A DNA stretch of 64,000 bases, taken from contig OU015567.1 in assembly GCA_907165135.1 (NCBI GenBank), positions 7,254,001 through 7,318,000 on the forward strand. Direction: 5' to 3'. The notes below the pieces were generated by a model. The model did not search any database, was not told the DNA's origin, and saw only the letters and a program-made list of their open reading frames with translations. Shown in pieces: positions 11,460 to 25,908 of the stretch (the first letter of the stretch is position 1; the number at the start of each line of letters is the position of its first letter). The DNA comes from Oikopleura dioica (lineage: Eukaryota; Animalia; Chordata). A program made the position numbers and the translations under genes.

Positions 11460-12672
11460 TGCGTAAAAAAAGGTGTCTACTTTTGTCAGAATAATGGATC
11501 CTTTGAGGTAATCCGGTAAATTCTCGCGCGTAAGAAAGCTCATTACAGATAGACGTAACGGTAATAAGATTTTTAGAGTAAGACTCGAGAAGCTTATTAG
11601 CGACACTTTAATGCCCGGGTATTAGACAAGTACTGCTCTAAGGATTCCGATAAGCACGTTTCAGCGCGTCTAAGGCGATTAAGGGTCCCCACAGCGATAA
11701 CTTCCCAGTTTGTTCTTACCATGCATCATAAGAGGATATCCACTAGCGTACGAGTCTGGCGAATTTCCACGCGCAAAGCTTGGGTCGAGCATTCCGGGTT
11801 CCTGAAAAAACACCAAAAGTTCAAGAGCGAAATGATTATAAGTTAGTGGCTACCGTGGAATAAATGTTATTTGGATTGTGGGGGAGATTGTGGTTGTCAT
11901 ACGCGCTGCCCTTCTTCCGATCGTGGCGGAGAGTTTCTTCTTCTGACGTTCCGGTCAGCAAAATGTTATAATTCAAAGGGATTAACCCATTTTTGAGTTG
12001 TTTTCTGACCCGTTCCTTGTGCTCTTCTAGCGTTGGCGCCGCGCAGGCCATTTTTGGTTTGCTCGTCGTCGATTTCCTCGTCTTTGGTTTGCGAGAACTT
12101 CGCGTAGGCAAAGGCGATCAAGCAAATCAAAATTAAACCGCCTACGAGCAAGCCTACGATGAGCATTGTGGTCGCTCCGCCGCCCACGCAGGCGACTTGG
12201 GCACTGGTTGCTCCGGCGGAGAGTGACCGGGGGATACTCCAGCCGCTTTCGAAACACGTGATCTGAAGGATATCGATAAGGATTTGGTATAGAAAGGGAC
12301 AGCTGATTTTTCGCAAGCTTGTCTCAAGTTTGAGATTTTTGAAGAAAAAGTCTCGATTCTAGTTTTGCCAAAAACATGGTTAAAGATGCGCTCAATGGTT
12401 AAAATGAAAATTTATTTAGGAAGTCGATGATAAGAGCGGTTCTTTAGAGAGCGTGGAACGTGGTCAATGATAAGTGACCACGAGTTGGCACTTGATCGCC
12501 TCCCAGCGCCGTTAGTACAGCTTATGGGTACTTACTCGGTCTATCGATGGTTTGTAGCCCCCGTCGCACTCGAGTCTGCATTTCTGCCCTGGTTTAGCGA
12601 TCCAAGTCGTCAGTTCAGGACAATTTAGGCGCCCGTGCTCGGGCCTCCGCAGCATTTGGCCGGAACATTGCA
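10815..12672 (-). CDS. Single-pass membrane protein with one sushi/CCP domain (SUSD-like) and a Tyr/Pro-rich cytoplasmic tail; 5' end unresolved
   Basis: Spliced QCSGQMLRRPEHGRLNCPE..PGQKCRLECDGGYKPSIDR|ITCFESGWS..AC fits the CCP consensus. It is followed by TM MLIVGLLVGGLILICLIAFAY and tail exons to GYDVPI*. A possible non-coding first exon lies at about 16740-16960 (minus-strand gtaag donor near 16738). Confidence 0.75.
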
Positions 12673-13275
12673 CTAGAATCAAATGTTAAATTTTATTTTA
12701 TCAATAATTTATTTTTAAAAAACATATTAAAAGGTTAAAGGAAAGATTCGAGCAAAGGAAGTCTTCAAGGAAAAAATTTTTCTTGAACAAATTGACTTAA
12801 AAATAATAAAATATTTATAAATAAAAAAGTGACGTGATTAAATCTTAGCTAAGATTATAAATCTTAAAGTGACCGGAAGTCTCGCCAGGCTGGATCAGTG
12901 ATCGCTTAGGGCGGATAAGCCGTAATCACATCATCTTCTTGGACTTGTTTGGACCGCTTTGCCAAATAATTATCTCCAGCTTGGAGCAAAATATTTAGAA
13001 ATTGAGATCACATTTTTTTCGCTTTTGGGGTTTGTTCATCGGTGACTCGACGTGAACTTTAGGATTAACCTCAATTTAGCAAAATTAACAAAAAATAATA
13101 GAAGAAAAGTGAAGCTCAATTTTTCAATTTTAGACACTGTCAGGTTATCTTTGACGAAGCTGTTTGACGGAGCTGTATTAATCAAATTCTAATCACGAAA
13201 GAATTTGAAATGGAACTTCAGTCGAACAGTTGTTCACGTGACATTTCATTATTTGACAAAAGAAAGCATAATTGA

Positions 13276-13449
13276 TACCGGTGAGACCAACGATCTCGAC
13301 GGTACCCTACTTCCCCACGGGGCCCCTCTTATTTTTTAATAAGGGTTTTAGTCGAGGTAATACTAAGGGAGTCTTATTAAGGGCAAGGGTTAGGGTTAGG
13401 GGCATTTTTTTGACTAGAAATCATGCCCAAATCGTTGGTCTCCTCGGTA
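13276..13449. mobile_element. MITE with internal TTAGGG repeats
   Basis: TIRs taccggtgagaccaacgat and atcgttggtctcctcggta (2 mismatches), TA at both ends, internal agggttagggttagggg. Confidence 0.75.
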
Positions 13450-15618
13450 ACACCCCTTATAGTTATTTTAAAGCACTACCGTAACAGAGTATTTTTTAAT
13501 CTGAGCTAAGAAGATCGAGCTATTTACGAGTTATTTACAATCTTTCACCCGTAACAAGTGTTTTTACATAAATCTGCGTTCGATCCCCTTTTGCGAAAAC
13601 AAGCTACAAATATTCACGAAAGTTTCGGTCGACCCGTTAATTTTCTAAAGAACGAATTCGGGGAATCCAAAAAAATGCTAATTTACGTGATTCAATAATC
13701 GTGATGAAAGCTCTTTCAACCAGATGACCTTTTTCCCTGCCGCAACTTTTCGAACTTGTCGAGAACGCACTGAAATGTCACTTGCTGACAGTGAGAATGT
13801 CAAATGTCACTCCTTATAGTTCCATTGAAACCGAACTTTCTGAGTACAACACAGAGTTGGGACGTTTTTAGACTGGTTGATTTCGGTTCAAGATGAGCAA
13901 AGAATAATCTGAAATTGTCAATTTGATCATTGATCAGCAAGAGAAGATCTTGAATTTTCTCATTAGAGCAAATTCTTTTTGGTTGTATAAGAGTCTGAAA
14001 CGAGCTTGAAATTGCTACTATCGATCATCCTCGGAGAGAGATTCTCAAAATTACATCCGGTCGGGTTCTCTTGGAGGATCTTGGAAGGACTTTATGACAG
14101 GTTGAGCGGAGCTTTCCGCCGAATTATGAACATACTAATTCTCAGTCAAAAAAACTACTGCATATTTTATGTCTTAAGACCTTTAGACAGACTTGAAGCT
14201 ACAGTTCACTGACCTTCTCTTCAGGCATTAGAGTAAAGAGTACTGAGAAACCCTTGCCACAAAAATCATCGGTGCATTCGATATGCTAATAAAATGCTCG
14301 ATTCCCATTTCTAGCGATTTCTAATGTCGTGAGAGCGGAGGATATGCGCTGGACTGATATGGGCCCTCGTCCGTGAATCCTCCGCAAGAGTAGATATGAG
14401 TAGGAGCATCACTTTGTAACCGAGGCCGGATTAGATGCCTTTGCGGCCGTTCCATAACTTTTTAAAATGCGACGGGCAAAAAAAAAACGCTTCTAGCTAA
14501 ACAGCTCCACGTTTTGCACCTGCAGCTGCTTACGGCGAAATTATCAGCTACGACGTTCGAGTAAACTTTCTCTCTCACCGTAACCGTGAAAAATTTACGA
14601 TTGCTGCCCTTTTTCAAGCGGTTCACAGAGGCACTTTCTAAGTTTGATTCTTTCAATTTTTTGAGTCGAAAATTTCAAAGAGGAGGAAATTGAATCTGTT
14701 TAGATTTTTTGCCCACTGTTTCTAGAGCGAGCTAGCTGTTTTAGACTGCCCATCGCCAAGTTCTAATTTTCTGGTCGGTTTTAGTTTTCGCCGCAGCGGA
14801 CAGGCATAATTTGTCAACCCCGTCATCATGTAATGAACCGACGCCAAAACTAAGGCTATTTTGGGACCGTTGTTATTCGACCGGGCAAAAAAAAGAAGAA
14901 GCTACGGGTTTCTTGAGCATTTAAATCGATTCTTTGGCCAAAGACTCTCTTCAGTAAAAATGAGGATGAAATGCCTCGAGTGTTGTAAACATCGTAAATT
15001 ATAATTCCAGCGGTTTCTAGTTTCGAGTAAAGAGTACGCCGCGGAAATTCCTTTTCCATAACTTGGGATAGAACGTCCGCGCCACCTCATCTCCAAAAAG
15101 GGTTGAAAATGCTAATTTTACTTTAACCAAGTCTTTTTCAAAAGGATGTTAATTTTTTTTATCGCGAAAAAAGTCTGAAAAGTCCAAACTTTCTCAATCA
15201 TTTTTAGCCTTCTTATCTTGAAGTTTATGAATCCTCCCAACCGACTGATATTTTTCCTCAAAGCTCAGTTTCCTTCCAAGCAAATTTTCTTGCCAATTAA
15301 AATATTTTGGCCCGTTCCATTACATCACGCTCAAACATTTCTGTAAACACAATTATAATCTCCAAACTGGCCCAAATAAAACGTAATACCGTAAGTTAGT
15401 CGATCTTAAGAAAAATCAAAATTAGCCAAATTTATGCGAATTCGATTTTGATGCTTCCGAAGTGCTTCCGAAAAATGAACATGCCCGTCAAACATAATCT
15501 GACAGAATCTGCATTTTTGAAAGTGCAGTTTATTAATGAGCCTAAATTCTATAAGGGATGCTTTTCAAGTTTAGGTTTTAGGGTTGATCGAGGTCTTTTT
15601 GTTTCGAAATTTGGACTC

Positions 15619-15722
15619 AACCAAAAAATGGAAGTGTATTTTTGGATTACCAATAAGATTGCTGTATTTGGCCTACCGGCTAATCAAAACCCCAATCCAG
15701 AAAATCACTTCCTTTTTTGGTT
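15619..15722. mobile_element. About 105-bp MITE (family A), copy 1
   Basis: TIRs aaccaaaaaatggaagtg and cacttccttttttggtt. Homologous copy at 55319-55423. Confidence 0.8.
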
Positions 15723-18481
15723 GTACCCCGAAATTTCGAGGAAATCTATTTTTTGAATGAAATTTTTAAAGAATTCAGGGAAGAAAGTGCGTCTTTTGGC
15801 CATTTTTCGTTGAGGAAGAATATTTAACCAAAGCTGTTTTCCAGAAAAAATAACTCTGGTGTCAGCTGTTGTATATTGACAAGAAAGTTCTTGTTGCACT
15901 TCTGGCTACTTATCATTGAAATAATAATACATGCGCTGTCCCCTTGTCTGCTGCATTTTTCACTCTTGACTTGAGAACTCAACAAAATGCAACATGGACA
16001 TAATCGCTTTCTAACAAGAAAAAGTCAAAAAACAGGGTCAGCTTTCTGCTCTCTTTTTTGTATGTTCAACATAAACAACAAACTTTTTTCTGCCCAGAAC
16101 CATCCCTTGTTCGAAACTGTTTCGTGCTATTATTAATCAAAACCCTTGATGGATGAAAACACGTGACACAAAAACAGAACCTCCAGGCTGGCTCTGGTAT
16201 TGTCGAAAACAATTCGAAAGAATTCAATTAAAACGTTTCTTTTTGAAAAAATGCTAATTGAATTCGAAAAGGAAGCACAAAAACATGCAAAGAGGGGAGG
16301 CTCATTTCCCAAAATGATTTTGAGAATTGAGAATTCGGAATTGAGATCTTGTAAGAGATAGACAGAGCTTCTAAGCCCAATGATCCGGAGAGTTAGAGGT
16401 TTAATTCGATCAAAGGACAAAATCCTTCGAGATTTTCGCCGAAGGGAAAGGTACCTTCAGTCAATCTTTTGGCAAAAGCGCACGAGGAAATTGCGGATTT
16501 CCGCGTTAGAGGTTCTAAGTCCAAAAACGTTCTACGCGGCCTTTTTATGACTCAAAGCTCAAAAAAAAAACATTCTTTATCGAAATATGAATTAATTTTC
16601 AAAAAAAAGAAAAAAATATGAGAAAATCGATTTTTTAGAAAAAAAAATTAATTTCTAAAATTTTAAAATGAAAAATCATTATTTGATAAATAAAATTTTT
16701 AACCAATAATAAAAAAATAATATAATTTTATAAGCTTACCAGACGAACTCATTTTCTTCTTTTGTTTTCTCTCTCAATCCAAGTTTCTTCTTTTTTATTT
16801 TTCTTTTTTCGATCTCTTACTTTCTTCTTTAAAAATGATTCTTCCTTGATTTCAAATAAAAATGTAAAGACGCGTCGATTCTTCACTAATTCGTCAATAT
16901 TTTCTTAATTCCTGTATTCTAGTTTAAATTCCTCAACCGTTTTTTTTGCGTGTTCGGCCAGATGCGTCAGGCGAGCTCGGTTCCTGTGCGGCGCTCGTGC
17001 GACTCGTTATCATGAAGACTCAGCGCGCGCTCAACGGCTCCGTGCTACGGACGCGGTGCTCATTGGCCGCGTTGTCCGTCACTTTTACCTGCACCACCGC
17101 GAAAATCGCAAAGCGGGACCAAGATCCTTCTCGAGCCGCCCAATTTGGCGATGCCAAGTGGATCAACTCGAAAATTGGCGCTTGCAATAATATAAATGAT
17201 TATCTAAGAATATCGATGAGATAATTCTAGCTTCGAAACAGATTAATTTGAAGCAACGTTTTGCGGATCAGAGATTTTAATCGAAAATTTTCGACACTAA
17301 AGGTCATGAGTTCGAATCTTCGTGGAAACTTTGTCTTTTTTCCTTTTGCTATATTTGAGATCGAGGTCAACTTTTTGGATTGAACCATTTTCAGCCCTAG
17401 AAACAACCCGAATTCGAGGCGTTCCGATCAATTTAAGCCTCTCGCCCCTCCTTAAAACGTGTTTTCAATTGAGCCAGCTCCCAAGTTCCTGATCGGGTTA
17501 TTACTGCACCGCTAAGTTTATTATCGAAGGGAAACTGGTAATTATTATCCTGCCTTTCTTGCTGTGTATTTACACAGGATCGACTGTCCGGATCTTGCAA
17601 CGTTGCGTTTTGTGTTCAACGAGAACCCATGCATGTTTTTCCTAGTTTACTAAACGTTTGAACTTTTTTGATTAGTTATTTAAAGAACGGGATTTAACCG
17701 AGAGTAATCTAAGCGAAAGTGGAAGACACCCTTCTTAAGCCTGTTTTTCAGCGGAGTTTTCTTCCGGAGTTAACATAGCGAGACCCTTATTTTTTCAAGC
17801 CAAAAGAAAGCTTAAATCCTCCTCTAAGGTTTCTGCCACAAAATCAATTTTTACAATCTTAAGAATGTTTGATATTCTAGCACCCAAAAAGGGTCTTCAA
17901 GCACTTCGAAATACAGAAATTTGAAGCCGTAATCGTTCGCTAACTTTCTTCTACAATAACGCCTTGTAATAACAAGATTGACGCCTTTCTGGAGACCAAT
18001 AATAATAATATGAAGACGGTATTTATATTAAAAACCAGGCGCAATATTTTGAGTTCGATAAGAAACTCACTTCCCCCGTAATTAGAATCTGGACAGGTTG
18101 CATTAAACAAATACCGAACCCACTCAACCTAACCATTTCTCTTATGCGAAAATCAGAGTTCGTTTTAGCAAAACTGCCTAATTTGCAATTTCACGGATGA
18201 CCTTTTACTCAACGTTCTGATCGCATTAAAAAAACGGGCCCCTAAATTTACTTTTTGTTTGATTCGTCATTATGTCTAAGCTTTTAAACTTTAAACAACT
18301 TGTTGTACTGGCGGCTAGTCATTTTAGATGCTCATGTAATTTGACAAAAACGATTATAAAGAACACGTTAAAACTAACTAGTTTTTAATTTTTAAATTCC
18401 ACAATGACATTGCTAGCCCAATTCCTAGATTTTCTTCAAAAATTTGCGAAGTGACACCCTTATTTTTAAAATATAAAAAAA

Positions 18482-18726
18482 TACAACGCTAGCCAGATCT
18501 TTTTGCTGAGTTTTCTTCAAAATTTAACGGAGTGACACCCTTATTTAGCGACTTAATTTTTGTCTTGAAAGGAGAAAGATTAATTAATTAATTATTAATA
18601 AATATTAATTTAAATATCTAGTAATTAAACAATCTCGTTTAAAGGCTAAAATTAAGTCGCAAATTAAGGGTGTCACACCGTTAAATTTTGAAGAAAACTC
18701 AGCAAAGTAATCTGGCTAGCGTTGTA
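18482..18726. mobile_element. Palindromic MITE (family B) with about 80-bp arms
   Basis: tacaacgctagccagat..gtgacacccttatttagcgacttaatttt is mirrored by aaaattaagtcgc..aagggtgtcac..atctggctagcgttgta. A partial arm lies at about 18405-18466 and a related short element at about 49221-49282. Confidence 0.85.
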
Positions 18727-19871
18727 CCTTCAATATCGCTATATTTAAGGGCGTCATCATCTAAATAAGCACATTAGAACTAGTCGACACATAAGACTGA
18801 CCCTAACTCAATCGATGTGGACACCCTTAAGCAATCTCTTAGCATCTGGATTTTAGAAATTGTCAAGTGGCTGAGAGACTTTGATGGGTGATCCGCTTCT
18901 TAGATAACTTGCAAAGTTCTTGAGTTGTTTCAAATATTATTGATAAAACGTGTGAAGATAACAAGAAAAGAAACAGTACTTAGTTTTGATGTCTTTCAGG
19001 TGAAAGACAGGCGTGCTGACTAAGAGACAGCTACTTGTCTTGTGCTATTTAGCAACACCTTTGTTTTAGAAAAAAAGAAATGCAATAAAATGTTTGTTTT
19101 CGCCAGTACACTCTTTGACATTTCTGGTAAACATTTCAGTCCTCACTCACTTTTCTTTAGAAGCTCACTTTTCATCTTTGGAAAAAAAACCGTGAACAAA
19201 TTCAATAAGAAAATTTGAAAAGACTTTTCAAGTACAAATTCAATCAAATAAATCGAAGAAAAAATCGGAAGCCACAAACAAAACCCACCTTCAACCCTTT
19301 TTTTATATCCAAGGCTGGTCTTTTTCGAGACAGAATAAATTTTTGAATATTCAAATTTTCGGGCAATTTCAGACTTATTTAAAACTTCAAGTCGTGAAAA
19401 AAGTCAAAAGCGAAAAGCCAAAATTGATTTTAAAAGAAAACGTAATTATCCCCACCAAGGTCGTAATTAGCGGCACCGCAGAAGCTCATCACCAGCTTGT
19501 GTGATCATTTCTACCGTGGAAGGTTGCCCCCCCCTTTTTTGCGATAAGATAGGAGCTCGCGAAAATGTTCTGAAGATATATTTTTATCGAGTTTGCACAC
19601 TGTGGTCGGGGTAATGCTTATCCAATCACCCCTGGCAGGAGATATTCGACGGAGATTGTGTCATGTTATCTTTCAGACGACCGTTCTTTCTAAAAAATAA
19701 GCGTCTCTAACGAAATAAAACTATAATTCAAGAACTTCTTCTTCAAAATTTTTTATGATGATCCGGCGAATTGAATTCAGTGGCCTTTGACGTAATTATC
19801 TAACTGTTCAAAATAGAATAATTTCAAAATCTCAGATCAAAAATCGAAAATTGAAAATTGAAAAATTAAAA

Positions 19872-21005
19872 ATGAGAAAATTTGTGAATGCCGCGATCAT
19901 TTTCCTTCTTTTATTCATATTTTTAGCAAATCTATGTGGCGAAAAAGAGGATTTGGAAGAGAGAAAAGCTCCCGTTGGTCAACTAAGAAGATGGAATCGA
20001 TCAAAGACCATCGCATTTTTACGTTCGTAAATCAATTTTTCCAAAATCTTCATCAACTCATTCTAGATCCGAAGAAATCAGGAGGTACTTCAATCGATGT
20101 AACTCTCTCACCCATCGTCAAGGACCTCTCCACCAGAGAAAACGACAAATACCTTGGTTTTCGCACTTCGACTGGTCATTCTTCAACACTCTTTCGTACA
20201 ACAACTCTCTTGAGCCGATAATGATGCTGAGAGAACCAATGGCTCGGTCGGTTTCGCACTTTTATTTCAAAAAGACGATGTTTGACGTCACTTCCAAGCG
20301 GGAGAACCAGAAGTTTATGAAAATGACGATGGACGAATTTTTCAATGATCCAGTCGAAATAATGCGATTTCAAGAAATTTGGATGGACACCTTTTCCGGC
20401 GTTTCTTGGCTCGCTGGAACAATTACGAACCCAGATGATTATACCTTCACTTCTGAGCATTTTAAGAACGATTTCGACAAGCAAAAAAGCTTCGAAAAAC
20501 TAGAATTGAAAAGGCTAAATGCTTCGTGGAGCTTGACTTTGGCTGCGGACAGACTGGAATCGCTTGGATGGTTTGGAATTTTGGAACGAATGGAGGATTC
20601 GGAACGACTTCTTTCGTACGTATCCTTGAATTTTATTTGAATAATTTATTTTTTAAAAGATATTTTTTAGAAGAAAACGTAAAAATTTCCCACAAGCGAA
20701 GTACGAAAGAGATCCTAGGGCACAAATACCCGATTCCAAGTCCGTCGGTGTTAAAAAAGCTTCACGATCTTTCGCCTCTTGATCGATGGCTTTATGAATT
20801 CGCCAATCGACTCATGGACGCTAGAATTGAAGAGCTTGAAACAGGAGTTTTCGCCCGGCCAGAAAGACCTGCTTTTCCAACAATGACCTGTCTCGCAACG
20901 AGTTACATGATCAACTGCCCAAATTCTAGCGCTCTTTCTAATTGGATTAGCTCAAGAGCCACAGCAGAGTATCAAGAGTCATTCGAAAAACTGCTGAAAA
21001 CATAG
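19872..21005 (+). CDS. Golgi type II carbohydrate sulfotransferase (HS6ST/Sulfotransfer_2-like)
   Basis: N-terminal TM (AAIIFLLLFIFLA), 5'-PSB motif IAFL|HPKKSGGTS, HFDW, and 3'-PB motif MMLREPMARSVSHF. One homopolymer frameshift at about 20160. Confidence 0.8.
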
Positions 21006-21518
21006 TAATAAAGAAACTACTAGTAATTCGAGGTTATTCCAGATTTGAACGAGTTCCCATCAAAATCTAGGACAGAAGTCTTATTTATCTTTTTGACAAT
21101 TGTGGGCACCTTGGCTCTGCGGACGCGATAACTTCCGATCTGACAAATAAGTTGGTTTTACTGTTCTTTATTTGCGCGCTGAGCTCTTTATCGAACGCCA
21201 TAATTGGCATAATATTTAGCTTTGAATTAGCCAGAGGCAGTAGTGATTTGCCTCCCAGGCTTCCTCTGAGATCTGCCCTCGGGCGAGAGTTCGCGAAGCT
21301 ACGAAACATAGAGATCTAAGTAATTCTGGAGACAATTGTTTCGAAACTGGACAAAAGAAAAAATTGCTGGAAAGTGCGTGCCCAAAGCGCTTCTTGCTTT
21401 TTGATATTTAATCTTCACAACGAGCGCTAACAACCGCTACGACCACTTACGCGCTGATTACAGTAAAGTTACAGAGAGACGAAAAGAGAGAGCTCTCCCC
21501 AGGAGCTGAGGAAAGAGA

Positions 21519-24500
21519 ATGGGGAGGGAAGAATCATCCGTAAATCGGGCAGATCTGCACATTGCTCTTCTTCCAGTAAGTTTAAAAATGAATAGAATTT
21601 GGGACCGTCAATCCTGTCAGAAATTTATTTGCCCAGCTTATAGAGCTTTCAAAGAGCGAATTACTTTGAGGATTAGTATGTTTAGTCTAATTTCAAGTAG
21701 CTTTTTCAAGTCTTTTTTTCTCAAAAACTCTTATCCAACTTTGGAGTGACCATGACAACAAAGAGTTATGAAAAGCACAATTTTGCGAATTTCCATTGGA
21801 AAAACTTTGAATACTTGAATCTTAAATCCGTTTTCAGAGGGAAGCTTGGATTCAAAAGCTCAATTATGCGCAGTTTCAGTCGATTTCGGATGCAGTTTCT
21901 TTGGGTTTTGTTAGAGTTGACCCGGATTTCAGGAACAAGCTCAGAATAATTCGATTATTGTAACTCTACAGAGGCTATCTAGAATGGTGTTGCTGTATAT
22001 TCGCGTTGCTGATTGGTTGATTTAGGAAAAACGGAGTCTTGACCAATCATAAGCGCCGGATGGAGGGGTTCGTTATCAAGGAGAGCTGCAGTAGATTTTC
22101 GGTTGAAAATGAGCTTGTTGCAGTTTGAGTCTGATCCGGAAAGAAATCTCCCGTCAAATAAGATTTCGGGAAAGCTTCACCTTTCTTCGCCATGTCGGCC
22201 GGGCCCTGGTCGTCGTCAAGAAGAACCAGGAAGAGGAACTCAGGCACAGAGGTCGGAGAAGTTGTTTGATTTGGCATTTGGTTCTTTCAAATTTCAATGT
22301 TAAATTGTTTGATCGAAAATTAATCCTCGAAATCCACGGCAGATTTATTTGCCGTTAGTACACTTGTAAATGCTGCCCAACTTGTACAGTAAATGTCGAC
22401 CTCTCGAACAGAGGTAAACTCATAAATCCATTCTTCTGTCGCGAATTTTCCCTTTAGGGAAGCATTATCTTCCGCCGCACTCGCACTCGTACGAAATTTT
22501 ATTGCTTCCTGGAGAGTCGCATCTCTATTTGAGCAAAAGCTATACAGATGGCCAGAAACGACCGGTTAAACGGGAACTGACGAGGCTAAATACTTCGCAG
22601 ATCTTGAGGCAGATGGAGCAAAAGAAATGCCTTGGCGACCGGGTCTAAAAATAAAATAAAAATTATTTTATCAAAATCAATCAAAACCCAATTTCAGACA
22701 GCACGGAGTAGTACAACTGGAAAAATTGGCAAAGGAAAATTCTCAAGCTAACAAAGGTTCGTTTACGCTCATTTCTTACAGTAACAGACACCTCGAAATG
22801 TGAGTAAACTCCGAAAAGCCATCAGAAGACTCTACGAAGAAGGAATTCTGGAAGACATTTTCCGATTCTTCGAAACCGACAAAGACCGAATCCGCTTTAT
22901 CGAATGGATGTCCGAGCAGACCTCCCTCGACGACCTTATTCATCAAATGAAGGACGACCCATTTTCAGGAATTAAAAGCTATCTGATCAAGCAGGGCACG
23001 TTTTGGAACGAAGGAAAACGTTTTATTTAATAACTATCCCGAAGACTGAAGAATTTCTTAGTCTCATCTTTGTTTCATGACGCGCATTATGAGTGTTTTC
23101 ATGGACACAAACTTTACTAGTTGCTAATTGAACGTGCAAAAGCCCAAACAGCGATGGCAGCAAATGTCGACAAGCGACGCAGATTCGTCTGGGGCAGCAC
23201 TGGCGCCGACGCGGAAGCAGTAAGTCATCATTGGCCTCACACGAATCTTGGGATACAGATGTCCATACAGAGTGCTGTTATCAGCGCTAGAGTGGTGAAT
23301 TTGTGAACGTTGTCTTGCGTCAAAGCCTCTTATCGGCGATTTTGAATTTTGAGTATTTCTTGACTTTTCACCGCAGATTGGCCACTCTAGCAAGCACGCA
23401 AACATCTCCAACTTTACTCGGGAGTAAATCATCCCCCGATCTCTGGAATTCCTTCCAAGGAAAGAATATTCTTCTTCCAAAAATTCCACACAGTCAGAGT
23501 CAAACACACCGCAACTTTGATAGTCCCGGTTTTGGAAAACAAAAGACGGAAAACCGCGTCGACGAGAATTTGGACCAGCAACACTTGGATGTGTGTATAG
23601 TCTCGCTGTTTGAGTTTGTCGAGCAATTGAGTGTCGCTTTTTGAACTCACCGTACTAACTGCTGTTTCCATTAGTAGCCATAACAATTGACATTTTAGCG
23701 CTACTCGTTAAAAATGATCCTAAAATGACCGTTCAACCCTAGTGTAGACAAATCTGGACAACCAGATTTCAAATTTCTCTCGAAAAAACGCGAAATCTAA
23801 CATCTTTCTTCTTAGGCGAAAATTCTCAAAAACCTGGAAGAAAGATTCGATGACCTTCGGGCGACCAAGCCAGAGCCTTCTGAAGCGAGCCCGCAGCAAA
23901 GCAGAAGCCGACTTGGACCGAGTGAGTCGCGTGAAAAATCGCGTAGATTACACAATTCACGTTCGATTCATTCTTCCAAGAATCAATCGAAAGGGTCAGT
24001 ACTCCCTCAGCTTCTTCCGTCGCCCTATCGGAAATGGTTCCAATTCTCGATTACCCTCATTATTTAATAAGCAAAATAAACACCTTCTATAATATTTAGA
24101 TCCGTGTGGCCACGAAGCGGCCACATATTGAAATAAAATATATATTTTATATTCATAGTGAACTTTGAAATAGACAAGACCCTCGAAGAATGAGCGAGTA
24201 TTCGAAAATCTCACAAATCGAAGCGAAATCAAGAAGCACGCTTCTTGATTTTGCAGTAGGAAGGTTCATTCAGACTTGCAATTTTATGGAACGATCAATG
24301 ATTATTTTGAACCTCGAAGGATCAAAAGTTCATCCAGATCTTGTGGTGAGTCCGCCGCGAGATCGATTAGAATCAAACCAAGTGCGGACCAAGAATCTTG
24401 CCCTTCCGCCACTAGAACTTGCGCTAGAAGACTCTACTTCTACTAGTGAAGAAAACGCTTTAGAAAAATCCTTGTTAGCGATAGAACCTAATCCTGCTTC

Positions 24501-25780
24501 GCACGAAACTGACGAAAACTCAATGTACACCGAAGATTTTTCGACTGAAGAAAAATCTTCAGAAAATCGCACGAATTCGCATGTTTCAAATGATCATAAA
24601 TCCGAAAACGAAAACGCAACTGTCGATCAAAACGCACTCGATATTACAGTGATCAGTAATTCGAACATGGCGACAATAAGTAACACAAACGGGACGGTTG
24701 ATAATTCAGAAGGATACAACAACGAGTACAGCGACGATGATGGATACGGATATAGCGACGAAGAAAATTACCAGCGGCGGGAGGATGATCGATCTTACGA
24801 AAATGGATACTCTAAATCGCACGATAGAAAGGCGAGAGAATCAAAGAGATACCAAAGCAACGAGCTTGATTATCACCACGACCGGGACATACTCAAAGAC
24901 AGCCAGAAAGGCAACGAGAATCAGTCGCAATTTCCATCAACAAGTACCAACGAAGAACTTGAAGAGAAAATCCGCCAAGGTAAAATTCCAAAATTTCCAT
25001 CCAAATTTCTCTTATCGTCAATTTATCCAATTCGCCACACGCGCTAATCAAGATTATCCGCCCTTTAGCCCGCGCCGAGCAAGAAGCATTCCGCCGCGAA
25101 GAAGAGCGACGTGTCCGGACGGAAGCCGAAGAACGGAGACGGAAAAACGTCTCGCGCCTGAATCGCCTCCGACAAGAGCAGAAAACCGCCGAGGATCGTC
25201 GTCTAGCAGTCGTTGCGCAGGAAAGGCATTTGAAAAATGAAATTGCTGATATTGAGGAGCGACGTGCAGGTATGTTTACTCAGATACTATCTACATGGGC
25301 GTTTTACATCCTTGGCTTTTACAGTAGAATTCACAAGGAACAAATTAAGAGCTGGAAAAACTAATCATGCTGGAAATTGAACGATCCAGACGACTAGAAG
25401 AGCAGCGAAATCCAAATTCAAAGGCCAAGAATCCGTCGAAAAGAAAACCAGTGCTCGGATCAGTAGAATTCAAGCGGAATGCCAATCGTGATAGAATTAT
25501 TCAGGTCAGTTCCGCTCAATGTCAAAAGGCGAGTTTTCTTTTTAGATGGCTGAGAGAATAAAATTCACAAAATTGCGAAATGAAAATACGATCAAACGAA
25601 TTGAAAACGAAACAGCCCGGCGGTAATCGATACTTATTCTTCCTTCGTCCTTGAGATCTTTGTTTAGTAAGAAGATGGAAGAGGAACTCCGGCGGGTACG
25701 CTCGGATATGATACGTGCAAAGATTAGCCACAATCGAACGTACCGGACCAACAACACCAAACGCAACAGAGCCAAATAAT
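21519..25780 (+). CDS. SPATA1: SPATA1-like protein (multi-exon; middle exons uncertain)
   Basis: ADLHIALLP, FTFLRHVGRALVVVKKNQEEELR and HYLPPHSHSYEILLLP match the SPATA1 N-domain as I recall it (VELHVFYVP, FLFLKCIGNNLAVVKEKQESELK, PPYALQPELYLLP). C-terminal coiled coil includes SWKKLIMLEIE and KKMEEELRRVRSDMIRAK. Confidence 0.55.
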
Positions 25781-25908
25781 GACAATTCCGCTTTTTTAAA
25801 AACCACTGATTTGATCATAAAAATACACATATCTTCAACTTTTCGAACAACTTTTTGTTTACAAAATTATTTTTTATTATTATTATTGAAGCATTAGAAA
25901 AATATAAT

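Noticed and set aside
12870-14460. Candidate upstream coding exons for the sushi gene, or a separate small gene at about 13800-14450
   Set aside because: All three frames of 12870-12980 contain stops and no consistent spliced frame could be built, so it is left uncalled.
576-23120. Apparent in-frame TAA/TAG codons (about 600-630, 22709 and 23118) suggesting stop-codon reassignment
   Set aside because: Each lies within a short intron or coincides with a plausible AG splice acceptor, and conserved genes end normally at TAA, TAG or TGA.
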